A stretch of DNA of 52,558 nt from a virus (taxonomy: Duplodnaviria > Caudoviricetes): positions 1 to 52,558 of IMG/VR virus record IMGVR_UViG_3300020351_000002; one strand, 5' to 3'. The notes under the pieces were generated by a model. That model ran no database searches. It was given only the letters and a program-made list of their open reading frames with translations, and was not told the DNA's origin. The translations under genes were made by a program, and so were the position numbers. Below, piece after piece: positions 25,401-33,573 of this stretch. Every line of letters starts with the position of its first letter. Within the stretch, counting starts at the first letter, position 1.

Positions 25401-27155
25401 ACTGGACCGAAGCTCCCTTAGGCTATTGATCTGGGATCCGACCCTCTCTATCTCCTCTGGAATGGTCTCTCCAGAGATCCTGCTCGCCCTCGGCTTGTCG
25501 CCAATGGTGAGTTCATCAACCCTGGCGTGGTGCCTAGAGATCGCCTGATCGACTCGACTAATCTGTTTGTTTATGTCCGAAAGAGGGGCAACCGCATCTA
25601 CCCCGTGGGTTGCAGCCTGATGTGCTGTGATTTTCAACCTGGCCTGATCAGTAAGGCGCTTCGTATGGCGAGTCGCAACCTCAACGCCACGAGCGCTAAG
25701 GTCTAACCCGGTTCCCATTATCCTCGCAGCAGCACCTGCCTTAGGGACAGCCACAGCGCCCTTGCTTAGCGAACCGAGTGCGTTGATTGGGTCTAGCGAA
25801 ATGGCACCACCAAGAGCATAGGCGAGGTGGCCACCAACACTGCCCTCCTCAATGGCCTCCTGCTTAGCCCTCTCAAGCTCTTCGGCGGAAACGCCACCCC
25901 ACCACTTGTTAGCCTCAATAGCTGAACCACCAAGAAGGCCGGTAAGGCCGCCAATAAGGGCTCCCTGTGGGGTTTTTGTTAGGACCGCACCACCAAGCGC
26001 TCCCATACCAACGCCGGTAAGGATTGGGTGGTCATACATTTCGTACCCTGCAGCCGTTAGCTTTTCAGCAATGTCGTGCTCAACCTCTTCAGCGCCAGTG
26101 TCCATGCTTTCAAGCAAGCTCTTTGCATACGCCTGCTCAGAAACGCCTTCAGGGCGAACTCCTCCCGTTGTGGCTATATACAAGGCTGTGTTTGTTAGCT
26201 GCTTGGCGAAATCTTCAAGGGCACCCTTGTCTCCAGCATAGTTCTGCTGGAGCAGAGAGAGCGCCTCTGGAAGTGTTGGATTCTTAAACTTACCTGGGCT
26301 GGCTGCCTTTGCTATTTCCCACCGCCTCAGGTCCATCGCGGTGTTCGTTATGGCGGCAAGAGGCCTCCTTGTGTAGGCATCAAGTACGTCAAAAAACTTC
26401 CACCACCCTTCAGGCTTTGTGTACCCCTCCTTCGTGTACCCAAGCTTGCCAGCGAGTCTTGGGTTCCAGCGACGTATGAAGTCGCCAAGAACCTGGGCCT
26501 TCCTAATCGGATCCCGAGTGCTGTTGTACCGTATGTAGGTCATGTGCCAAAGCCTGGAGGCCTGATCCCGGCTCATCTTCTCTACTTCCTCTGGGTCTCC
26601 CTTCAGCTTGTCTCTAAGGGCTGGGGGTATGTGCTCCCCAATAGCAGCCGCTGGGCCTGTCAGGTCTCCCCTGGTAACAGCTTTGCCCACTGTGTCGAAG
26701 TCATGCCCAGCCAATATGGCCTCTGGCGGATCCTCTGGAAGAGTGTCTGGAACAGAGTAGATTGTTTGCTTTGCACCAGGACCATCAATAGAAATGGTTG
26801 GGCGACCAGAGACAATAAACCCTGGAATGTCCTCAAAAAAGACGTCGTCAGGAAGTCGCTCTGGTGGCATTTCAGCAACACCGTACTTGCCATAGCCAGA
26901 TAAAAGCTCTTCGCTGTACGGAGTGTCGAGTACGTCCTCAGGGACTACGTCTGGCTGCGCGTCTTCGAGCCTTTTTGCCCGCAACTCAGCCAAGAGTTGC
27001 TTGCTGCCAGGCAACAAACCATCTTCTTTAAGCCCAACGTCAACCTTGTTTACGGAGGAAGTGGTGGGCACAGGTGTGGGGGTTACGTCCGGGGCACTAG
27101 CAGCCCTGCTTGCCCGCAACTCAGAGAGAAGGTCATCGACGGTCCCGGCAGGCAT
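19431..27155 (-). CDS. giant internal virion / DNA-ejection protein (2574 aa, large polyvalent protein-like)
   Basis: Size, position after the smaller ejection-type genes, helical A/K/L/R-rich regions, glycine-zipper segments, and DYSDLTPLEK..FFFYTW motif. Confidence 0.8.
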   Translation of the reverse strand: MPAGTVDDLLSELRASRAASAPDVTPTPVPTTSSVNKVDVGLKEDGLLPGSKQLLAELRAKRLEDAQPDVVPEDVLDTPYSEELLSGYGKYGVAEMPPERLPDDVFFEDIPGFIVSGRPTISIDGPGAKQTIYSVPDTLPEDPPEAILAGHDFDTVGKAVTRGDLTGPAAAIGEHIPPALRDKLKGDPEEVEKMSRDQASRLWHMTYIRYNSTRDPIRKAQVLGDFIRRWNPRLAGKLGYTKEGYTKPEGWWKFFDVLDAYTRRPLAAITNTAMDLRRWEIAKAASPGKFKNPTLPEALSLLQQNYAGDKGALEDFAKQLTNTALYIATTGGVRPEGVSEQAYAKSLLESMDTGAEEVEHDIAEKLTAAGYEMYDHPILTGVGMGALGGAVLTKTPQGALIGGLTGLLGGSAIEANKWWGGVSAEELERAKQEAIEEGSVGGHLAYALGGAISLDPINALGSLSKGAVAVPKAGAAARIMGTGLDLSARGVEVATRHTKRLTDQARLKITAHQAATHGVDAVAPLSDINKQISRVDQAISRHHARVDELTIGDKPRASRISGETIPEEIERVGSQINSLRELRSSLLNAFDEANDTLLSAAPKKGAGITGVPSVRSKLKNFIFSHSNSRKLLEEQSKLLAVKDFLKATTTALKGEVRILGDFAVEELSRLTRIPMDEVNKLRLESGVKGEKLPANYFEGEWVKGLKSAEEKGEVLVRVDVDNSGKVTHVTKPPDVARIYRWATDGELGEAARVAAMRPGDGVLEKLLKRGLKGQPKWDDLVARAKTELKALHTPNTSIVPGVRRSLTERAVEWATSKAYLAGRGGKSFGAAIDDILPPIPKGFTKDSLKASRAIRGESLVNNIEPLYFTLGYAMARAVPWMDPVRRALGGLLFTPRVGFGAKPQIYTELAEGTGFLARYGLDRQVLPKAHLEHPATWRLVGDAFRNRARVASHLRERLPKAKLQILKITDDPTELSFLSHFAEMGWDSVKQSDKALAEFMASVSLRKLEKVVDTITLPYRAAEAEPGKVSTSFRLEKADAEGVLEAIRTLRELSTPRPDSPVAAIPVIDKDLLNSLERTVLDHLASTDEIKSLEAQRAAVRAGSPTSIERLQNLKLLKDRLALFTASYDAKVGGKIAVDTELDVARMADGFQPEIQRIQSALSLIEERLALKSGDPTPSQPISGFVGDVLREAEEFLPSIPGRTFEERLFRPDEAAALGAPEKLRTTAATDLPQWKVRKDDSTLSPEMHLAEVQAAVKAGKRVPVDVLLDYPIEVIGRVRADLKKGLRKVREAQSKLRAASDDLALLRQRLVDEGVDPLKSTQFKKAQRNIRSAQADLAKVRSSSFLASLRRAISRVEKAVADKDLVVPIGSKARHTLEATRQLYKNRMLDIQALIEGEATVIRARGDARRAAATISIAPMEKMTHLQRGRLDRAIDALNTNLRGPKPEVASLPTKEVNRLLKELSDPALSARVAEMRLAISREPSQAKKRAMRRKLETELNSALSSREARASELVGTTPLAQALSIPKTRSALSGLPGPAITRRGLYEKLDNIDAELANLSKTLDDLDYDLRTPEQQRKSLTQTIDSSVNALAESAAKFWNRLEALKKAEIAKAIGHMTPDEQARVARMVKNPDLYNLKAGKKNLVTDLKAQRARLVASVDRLEAAGKKTTKAKKSIANIDEQIRVLGDDASVERIVGAASIMRQFFDKWFDDLKAAGLFAEMDRNAFLSRVNIGAYVKHMADRYSAAKVAAFQGSKVPLWASQRLGGSAEFFKHERKLDGLMREINKASRKEFAESVVKDRASSGVFGKEAQQVAKQKSKSASTMRTFFERKGVNYENIVDDVMAEGGFNELHNFFETDPFVIMTRYNDMGSKTVSDVAFLEDVLDIFPAGREFRSATAADEAGFERLDKVSELEGVLRKRLPQKLRDYEDIIRQNMVDGVPVDEIKDILEKEGVVVDDDVLHALRGRDKYIPKAVGEYVRWNNDPVAQQGVRALFGDLYDGVHSWMKAQSTILAFAHIGRNWLSNVVSTSQELGWAALNPVTQMQAAMIWGSFRKGDAAFGLDVPVKIGDKVMTRGEWRQFFRDRGFFEAPLSTDFMNEQAGLAALDAIPTARDLFIRSGAATAGSFAGGAITSALGLGPAPGMFAGTAVGVGLGKRWNGAKEVAGGSVWEKFIGMSMKDSHADLPRTVSAIGHRTSGAAIGAAVGSVAGAPGAAIGAVLGGVTMPDYLKMMGMFNTSVEAQARLSLGVAAMKKGDDASVALSRVNASLRDYSDLTPLEKRVLRRVFFFYTWEAGNFKYQLDWLRRNPRAANSIMSFVDGVYKQQFTEREYASLPDPWKYRILARHHQSRLVALSGLPWEPMVELLSKKTKTLPAPIAGLAGRLNPMPLTAVEWVAGTSFYYDRGWRELTNVRQLVDTPPLYQWAMGVPTEDEVVDKTIWKNGVPTGLTRGVYKSKNPVLFYLAQRFPGNRAMRIYSEISTDTFNTYAMDAGDPTVRATWPEKAAAFGLGWKNTTIDMEAMQNYAAIELADEMKSEIRLINDVISKDNKMRPNWTEQRRRAFDELQEGFNE

Positions 27156-27158
27156 GGG

Positions 27159-29708
27159 CTACTCCGCAGCCAGGACTCTTGCCGCTTCCTGGAGTTCCTT
27201 GACGGTAAATGTGCGCTTGGATCCAGGGCTCTCAAAAACCTTCTTAGACGGAATCCACCTAAGTTTAAGCTGGCCTACCACAGCCTGTTCACTTGGAGAA
27301 AGGGTTGGGGCATTCGTGCCAGCGCCATTGACCCCAATTACACTGTTGCCGCGTTCTGTCCACAGAGCCCTCCTCGCCGCAGCCTCGTTGTACTGGCTCC
27401 TAAGCGAGTTCAAAAGTGCTTGAGCCTTCTGGTGCCTGGCCTCTGTCCCAGGCAGGAGATAATCGCCAGCATTCACTTCCCTCAAACTTGGCAGAACCCA
27501 GAGGTCTTCTGTGGGGTCGACTCTACTTGTCAGTTCAGACCCCTCCTCGCTCTTGGCAAGGGCGGTGCCAAGGCCGCCCTGCATCTCACCAGCCGTTATG
27601 CTCTTCTGAATGTTAAGGGCCTGGGCGCGGAGGGTCTCCATGTCGGTGTTCGCCTCTTGTGCCAGAGAGAACAGTTGGTTTGCCTTCATGTTGCCAAAGC
27701 CAGGGCCACCCGATTCAGACCCCTCCTTGCTCCTGCGCTCTTTCTCCCTAGCGATAAACCGATCCCGCTCCTTCTCGCCCATGCTGACGTACTTCGCAAG
27801 GAGCTTTTGAGCATCCTCTGGGTAGTCCACCCATAGGGTGCCAAGGCTGTCAGAGGCGAAGTCGAGGAACTCTGGGTCAGCCTCCCTAATGCTCCCAGCT
27901 AGAAGACCCCTGGTCATTGACGAAAAGCGTCGTTGCTGAGCGAGCGCCTGGGCACTCGCTGCGTCCTGAGCATCCTTAACCCTACCCCTGGTGATCTCAG
28001 TGCGCTTTGCAGAAACGCCACCAGCAAAGTCCTGGTAGTCGGAGACAAGCTTGTTGAGCCTTCGGATCTCAGACGGATACGGTTCCCGCCCAATCATCTG
28101 GGCAATCAAGTCTGTGCCACCAGGTCGACCACTCCTAGCCATGTCCACGGCATACGAAACAGTCTGAATTGACGGCATAAAGGTAGACGGCTTTCCGAAC
28201 TCCTCAAACGGGTTCTTCAATGAATACCCAGCCTTGCTCCTCTGCAACTTCCTGATAGAGCGCCTAAGGTCTCCCGCCTTAACCTGCGACTTGCCAAGCC
28301 TCTCATTAAGCTCTGCCAGCGCTCCAGTTCCAGCCTGACCGCCAGTGTCGTCAACCGGACCACCCTTGCTAAGTATGGGCGTGGCAGACTCAGGGAGCCA
28401 GTAGGTGACCTCGCCCTTGTTCACGCCAGAGCCCTTAACCTGCTTCTTCCCACCAAGGGCAACAATCTCGTCCTCAGAAAACCCCTTAAGGTCATCGGCT
28501 CGCCACAGCCTAGTGCGGCCAGCGATACCAGCGTCCTCTGGGGCAGTCCTTGGGTCCTTCGATACGGGACCACCTGTTGCGGGATCGTACACAGCAGCCT
28601 GCTCGTTAAACGGCGTCGAAGACACCCCAGGAATGACATCACTACCAAGCGGACCAGTGCGAAGCTGACCGTCTTCACTCCAATAGGGTCTCCCTGGCCC
28701 TGCGGCGAGCTTAGAATAAGCCGCACGATCCTGCTGAAGGGCCTGCCACTCTGGCTCGCTAATATCCTTCGGCCTGCCAGGAGCAAGGGCTCGACGGCGC
28801 TTAAACTCCTCTATTGCCCGCATCAACTTTGAGTTCGGGTCTCCACTACTCGAATAAGCAGTGGACTCTGGGTCAAATCCTGGCTTGGTGAGAGCACCCA
28901 GTGCATAAACTAACTGCGAAGGATCAACACCTCGCTCTCTAGCGAACTGGTCTATCTCCTCTGCGGTCACATCGCCAAGCCAAGCTCCCTGGGGTCGAGG
29001 CTCTGCTTCTGGAAGGCGAGCCAGCCTCGCCCGAGAAAGCTCGTCCCCTATGGGTCTTTGGCGGCTAGCGATGCTCTTAGGATCAGCGGGCAGCCTGTCT
29101 ATGCCCGGAGGAGAACCCTGAAGCAACTCCGCTATATTGGACAGGCGCTGCTTTGTTAGAGCCTCCTTGTTTCGCTGCTCCTCGGCAGCAACTATTGCGT
29201 CACCAACCAAAGCACGAGGCGCTGGCGTCGGGGCAAGGGCTGCCCTCTGATCTCGCAACTGATCGTGAAGCCTGAACTGTTCAGCCTGCTCCTTGGCGAG
29301 CAGCCTCCTGGTAGCATCAATCTCCTCGCTCTCGGCAACAACAGCCTTAGCAGCCTCGTCTTCCAATGCGCGAATAGCATCAAGGTTGGTTGCTGGATCA
29401 ACCGAAAACCCCTGGCCACCAGAAGAGCGGCGACGACCACTACGGGCACCGCCAGCCCCATAAAGGCCGCTTCCATCAACACCACCAAACGCCGCCGCAA
29501 GATAGTTCGCAGCCTTTTCTGCGTCAGCCTTCTCTATGGCAGCCTTCTGCATGTCAAGCTGCTCATCCCTAAGGCGAATGCCTTGAAGCATTGCGGCCCT
29601 TCGGATGTTCCTATCTCTGCCCTCTGCAAAAGCACCAAGGGCGGAGGCCTCCCCCATCAACCTCAGGGCAGACTCATAATCACCAGCACCAGGAAGAATT
29701 ACAGCCAT
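27159..29708 (-). CDS. internal virion / ejection protein (849 aa)
   Basis: A/G/R-rich helical ORF in the podovirus ejection-protein position. Confidence 0.7.
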   Translation of the reverse strand: MAVILPGAGDYESALRLMGEASALGAFAEGRDRNIRRAAMLQGIRLRDEQLDMQKAAIEKADAEKAANYLAAAFGGVDGSGLYGAGGARSGRRRSSGGQGFSVDPATNLDAIRALEDEAAKAVVAESEEIDATRRLLAKEQAEQFRLHDQLRDQRAALAPTPAPRALVGDAIVAAEEQRNKEALTKQRLSNIAELLQGSPPGIDRLPADPKSIASRQRPIGDELSRARLARLPEAEPRPQGAWLGDVTAEEIDQFARERGVDPSQLVYALGALTKPGFDPESTAYSSSGDPNSKLMRAIEEFKRRRALAPGRPKDISEPEWQALQQDRAAYSKLAAGPGRPYWSEDGQLRTGPLGSDVIPGVSSTPFNEQAAVYDPATGGPVSKDPRTAPEDAGIAGRTRLWRADDLKGFSEDEIVALGGKKQVKGSGVNKGEVTYWLPESATPILSKGGPVDDTGGQAGTGALAELNERLGKSQVKAGDLRRSIRKLQRSKAGYSLKNPFEEFGKPSTFMPSIQTVSYAVDMARSGRPGGTDLIAQMIGREPYPSEIRRLNKLVSDYQDFAGGVSAKRTEITRGRVKDAQDAASAQALAQQRRFSSMTRGLLAGSIREADPEFLDFASDSLGTLWVDYPEDAQKLLAKYVSMGEKERDRFIAREKERRSKEGSESGGPGFGNMKANQLFSLAQEANTDMETLRAQALNIQKSITAGEMQGGLGTALAKSEEGSELTSRVDPTEDLWVLPSLREVNAGDYLLPGTEARHQKAQALLNSLRSQYNEAAARRALWTERGNSVIGVNGAGTNAPTLSPSEQAVVGQLKLRWIPSKKVFESPGSKRTFTVKELQEAARVLAAE

Positions 29709-29710
29709 TT

Positions 29711-30418
29711 TTATCCGCCAAAAATATCTTCTTCTTCATCGAAGAGGTTGAATCGCCGCCTTTTAGCGCCCCCAAAAGCACCGCCAGGTCTCAATTCAAA
29801 GCCCTTGTAGCTGGTCGGAGAGGAGAGCATAGATTTGTACGTCGATGGGGTTGCCATGGCCTTGGCACCGGCAAGCCCAATATCCGAAAGAGCTTTCTTG
29901 TCAGCCGCAGTCATGGCGGTGTCCCCAATAGCCTTCCCAACCCCAGAACCAAGGCCACCAACCAGCATGCCAGCCCCCGTCAGGGGCTGTAACCCTGTAA
30001 TGGTCCCAGCGGCACTCAGCATTGTTCCAAACGCGCCAGCCAGGGTAGATAGGGCGTCGGCGGCCTCGGTCTTTTTCCTGGCCTTGTCTTCAATTGGCTT
30101 CATCTGCTCTCGCTGCCACGCATCAACAAGAAGCTGCTTACCGGGCCCCTCAAGGGCTTGTATGGCTTGTCTGTCTATATTGGCAGACCGCTCCTCAAGG
30201 CCCCTTGCAGCGCCAGCCGTCAGAGCACCCTCAATGTCCCCCTTGGTAGAACCACCGGACGGGTCCATCCTACTCATAAAGCGGTCAGCCTCAAGTTTGC
30301 TAGCCGCCTTCGAGGCGTCAGAAACACGACCCTTCTTTCTCTCGGCGCGCTCAATAATGCCTGTATCACGCCTTCTCAGAAGACGAGCAAGATCCCTCTC
30401 TGAACTAGATATAGCCAC
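29711..30418 (-). CDS. internal virion / pilot-like protein
   Basis: Gly/Ala-rich hydrophobic segment typical of ejection proteins. Confidence 0.65.
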   Translation of the reverse strand: MAISSSERDLARLLRRRDTGIIERAERKKGRVSDASKAASKLEADRFMSRMDPSGGSTKGDIEGALTAGAARGLEERSANIDRQAIQALEGPGKQLLVDAWQREQMKPIEDKARKKTEAADALSTLAGAFGTMLSAAGTITGLQPLTGAGMLVGGLGSGVGKAIGDTAMTAADKKALSDIGLAGAKAMATPSTYKSMLSSPTSYKGFELRPGGAFGGAKRRRFNLFDEEEDIFGG

Positions 30419-30429
30419 GAGAACCTCCT

Positions 30430-31146
30430 CTATGAAATGTCGCTCTTAAGGGTGTCTCCATAGCTAAACTGCCTGCTAAGGGGGGCCCCCGCATAAATTG
30501 GACGGTCTGAAGAAAAGTCATAATCAAGCCAATGCCGATTACTCACATCAAGCTCTGGGGCTGGGACGCCAATGCCTGCACCAAGGTCCACTGGGCTCCC
30601 CAGGCTTACATCGGAAAGAGTGTCTAGGTAAGACATTTGTCTTCCCATCTGACTGCCAAGCTCGCGGCCCCTTGCTCGAAGGCCTTCCTGATGCTTCTTA
30701 GCCGCCTCTGCCAAACCAGTTGCAGCCTCAGTCCCTATCCCAAAGGCGGTTCCAAGCTCTCTGGCGATTGCCTGCTTGGCCTTCGCCTGGGCGAGCTTTG
30801 TTGCTTCCTCCGCCCTAGACGCATCCCTAAACCTCTTTAGGGCAGCCTCACCCATCTCTCTGCGCTGAGCTATATCAGCCCTTTGAGCAGCCTCAGCAGC
30901 GCCAGAAGCAAGTCTTCCCTGAAGCTCTCCAAACCTTCGAACATCCGCGCCCCGAAGACCTGTTTGGGAAACAGGAAGCCTCTGCCTGGAGGCGCGAGAA
31001 AGCGGAGCCCTTTCGGAGGCAAGCATTGCTGCCCTGCGCCTAGCAAACTCAGGGGTGTAAAACTCAATAGGAAGTGGGTTAACCAGATCTTCCGCCTCTG
31101 AGGCTAATAGCTGAGCGATGCTCATGTCTGACGGGTTGATTGCCAT
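30430..31146 (-). CDS. internal virion protein
   Basis: A/R-rich helical ORF with an RBS. Confidence 0.65.
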   Translation of the reverse strand: MAINPSDMSIAQLLASEAEDLVNPLPIEFYTPEFARRRAAMLASERAPLSRASRQRLPVSQTGLRGADVRRFGELQGRLASGAAEAAQRADIAQRREMGEAALKRFRDASRAEEATKLAQAKAKQAIARELGTAFGIGTEAATGLAEAAKKHQEGLRARGRELGSQMGRQMSYLDTLSDVSLGSPVDLGAGIGVPAPELDVSNRHWLDYDFSSDRPIYAGAPLSRQFSYGDTLKSDIS

Positions 31147-31155
31147 TGTCCTACC

Positions 31156-32025
31156 TTAAATCACAAACGCTCTTGCGGAAATGTACCTGCTTGTGCTCTT
31201 TGCATGAACAAGAAACAGCCTGTTGTTGTGGTCGGTGTTGGAAAGTACCTTGTTCGCAAACGCTCCTCCGCCCCCAGAGGTTGTGTCAGCAGCCACAATT
31301 GATGAGCGCATCTTTAGAAAAACGTCATACGCGGCACCGTTTGTATCCACCCCAGAAAGAGTGGTTTCTCCGTTTAGATGAATCGTCATCCCGCGACGAC
31401 GGGCATTGGTTCCCTCGAAGTACTGAACGTCCTCGCTCCCATAGGCCTGGGCGGGAGGAGCAAGGGCTGCGGCATTGTGGGCCTCAAGACGGACCCTCTT
31501 CCTTAGTGAAGAAACAAGAGATGGAAAGCTTCCCGGCTGACAAACATAAAGTTCAAAATTGGCCTCAAGGTCAATAGACCTCAGTCCAAAATAGGTCGCC
31601 GTCGCTGGAGAAGTGACGATGTCATAATTGTAGTTTGAGATCTTAATGGCGTCGAACTGAACAGTGGTGTCAATCTTTACAAGGGCGTCTCTGTTAATCG
31701 TCATACGAAGGCAACAACCATCAACCGTATACTCGTTCTCATACTCCCCAAGGCTGTAAAGAGTTGGCTTCGAAGACCCCCCTCTTCCCATAACAACAAA
31801 CGTGGCTGGCTCGTCCTCTATCAACTGCTCTTGGACAAACGGAACCGTAAGGGCGTCGTGGTGAACACTTCTGTTGGTGATAAAGCGTTTGTCAGAAACG
31901 TCCCAGTTCGTGTCGTCAATATTGTTCATGGAAACGGCAAGGGCATCGAACTCATCACTAACAACAGAAGCGGTGAGGGGCTGGCCGTTCGCGATTAGTG
32001 GGCTGGGGCCGTTGTACCTGGACAT
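31156..32025 (-). CDS. tail / fiber-related structural protein
   Basis: N-terminal LTASVVSDEFDAL..NID motif shared with the two adjacent genes. Confidence 0.7.
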   Translation of the reverse strand: MSRYNGPSPLIANGQPLTASVVSDEFDALAVSMNNIDDTNWDVSDKRFITNRSVHHDALTVPFVQEQLIEDEPATFVVMGRGGSSKPTLYSLGEYENEYTVDGCCLRMTINRDALVKIDTTVQFDAIKISNYNYDIVTSPATATYFGLRSIDLEANFELYVCQPGSFPSLVSSLRKRVRLEAHNAAALAPPAQAYGSEDVQYFEGTNARRRGMTIHLNGETTLSGVDTNGAAYDVFLKMRSSIVAADTTSGGGGAFANKVLSNTDHNNRLFLVHAKSTSRYISARAFVI

Positions 32026-32687
32026 TATCGCACCACATACAAGGAGTGGATCAGGCCACCGACCTTAGGAGCGCCGCCACCAATGGTTCCATCGTAAAAC
32101 TCTTGAAGCTTGAAGGTGATGTACGTCGCGCCCCCTGGGGATACTGCCCCGAACAAAACCATTGTCGCCTCCTCTGGAGGGGCGGATGTAGATCCGGCCT
32201 GGGCCTTGCGCTCTGTCTCCATTCCTGGGATCTCCTCCCAGCCAGAGGTTAGGTCTGTCTTGTACAGAAGCTTGAAGTTGTAGTTGATGTCTACAGTGGC
32301 GGCGGTCCAGACAGAGGGGCTCATGGCAGTGTCATCCCTAAAGGAAATCTCTGCCCAGACAAACACGGGCAGGGCATGCTCTCCACTGTAGTGGTTAACA
32401 AGTTGCTGCGGAGGAGTCTCTGCCCCGGCAACGTCTGAGTAAGGAGCAGCGCTCATCGCAACATTTCCAAAAGACGCAGCCCGCGTATCCTTCAGCCTAG
32501 CTATTCCAGCAGACCAACCATGCGCCCCAATAGACCTGTTTGTGAAATGACGAGTTGTTAAGGCTGCGCCCTCAAAGGCCTCGTCAGGAATAGAATTACA
32601 CCTATCCCCAATCGCAGAGAAGTTTTCAGAGACCTCTGTCGCGGAAAGGGTGTCTGAAGAAGATATACGATGCTTTAGGCCAGCCAT
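32025..32687 (-). CDS. tail / fiber-related structural protein
   Basis: N-terminal LSATEVSENFSAI motif; TAATG coupling. Confidence 0.7.
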   Translation of the reverse strand: MAGLKHRISSSDTLSATEVSENFSAIGDRCNSIPDEAFEGAALTTRHFTNRSIGAHGWSAGIARLKDTRAASFGNVAMSAAPYSDVAGAETPPQQLVNHYSGEHALPVFVWAEISFRDDTAMSPSVWTAATVDINYNFKLLYKTDLTSGWEEIPGMETERKAQAGSTSAPPEEATMVLFGAVSPGGATYITFKLQEFYDGTIGGGAPKVGGLIHSLYVVR

Positions 32688-33373
32688 TATCTACAAAACC
32701 CAAACATACAAATAGAAGTGTTTTTAATCCTTGCCCCAGAATCTACCTGGCCAGACCTATCCCTGACCTGAATGCGAATAGTATGCGACCCAGCACTTAG
32801 CTGCTTTCTGACATCAACGTAAAAGGGGAGATCTGCGTCCTGAACCCGACTAGAAACGGTCTCCTTGATGCCCATCGAAGAGCCATTGTTGTGAAGCCGT
32901 ACATCAAACATTCTTGTGGCAGCGCTAAATGACGACCCCGAACGATATATCTGGCCAGTCCCAATTACAGTTATTTCTGTAGCCACATTAAGACTAAACG
33001 ACAAAGACAGGTCTTCGTAGTTATTACTGGCAGAGACGAACTCCCAGAAATAACCCTCTGGCCTTAACTCAGTAGAGCCAGAAGACTGGGACGATGGAGG
33101 GGCCAGTTCGTGGTAGTAACCACTTACCTGAGAGACGAGGTGCATCCTGCCAACACCAAGTCCTCCGTGGGACGGCGTTCCCAACACGCTTGTGGAAACA
33201 GTGTTGTCGTTGACAGGACTAGCAATTCTTTGCCAACTAACTGAGTCGTCAGAAACATTGTTTTGATCGATGTCGTTGTAAACCACGCCCATGGCGCGGT
33301 TAAACTCGCGCATCATTGCGTCGGCATCAGCCGTAACGCTCATCGCAGGGGGCTCTTTCGGCACATACTTCAT
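32687..33373 (-). CDS. tail / fiber-related structural protein
   Basis: ADAMMREFN..NDIDQNN N-terminus; LSAGSHTIRIQ beta-sandwich C-terminus. Confidence 0.7.
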   Translation of the reverse strand: MKYVPKEPPAMSVTADADAMMREFNRAMGVVYNDIDQNNVSDDSVSWQRIASPVNDNTVSTSVLGTPSHGGLGVGRMHLVSQVSGYYHELAPPSSQSSGSTELRPEGYFWEFVSASNNYEDLSLSFSLNVATEITVIGTGQIYRSGSSFSAATRMFDVRLHNNGSSMGIKETVSSRVQDADLPFYVDVRKQLSAGSHTIRIQVRDRSGQVDSGARIKNTSICMFGFCR

Positions 33374-33573
33374 GGCCCAACCTCCGCCTCTATCGCCATT
33401 GCTGCCCTGCGAACAGCGACAGGGTTGTCCAAGCTCTTAAGCCTTGGAGCGCCGATCTTACCCAAAGTAATGTTCGCGGCCCTCAGAAGGTCTTGTCGAG
33501 CAAGAAGCCCAGGAACCCCAACATCAAGCTCTTCAACGGCTACGGCAAGCCTGTCAATAATGCGGTCAATCAC
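33370..33573 (-). CDS. small hypothetical protein
   Basis: GTG start overlapping the upstream stop fills the gap; the longer ORF-track start overlaps the nozzle gene. Confidence 0.5.
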   Translation of the reverse strand: MIDRIIDRLAVAVEELDVGVPGLLARQDLLRAANITLGKIGAPRLKSLDNPVAVRRAAMAIEAEVGP

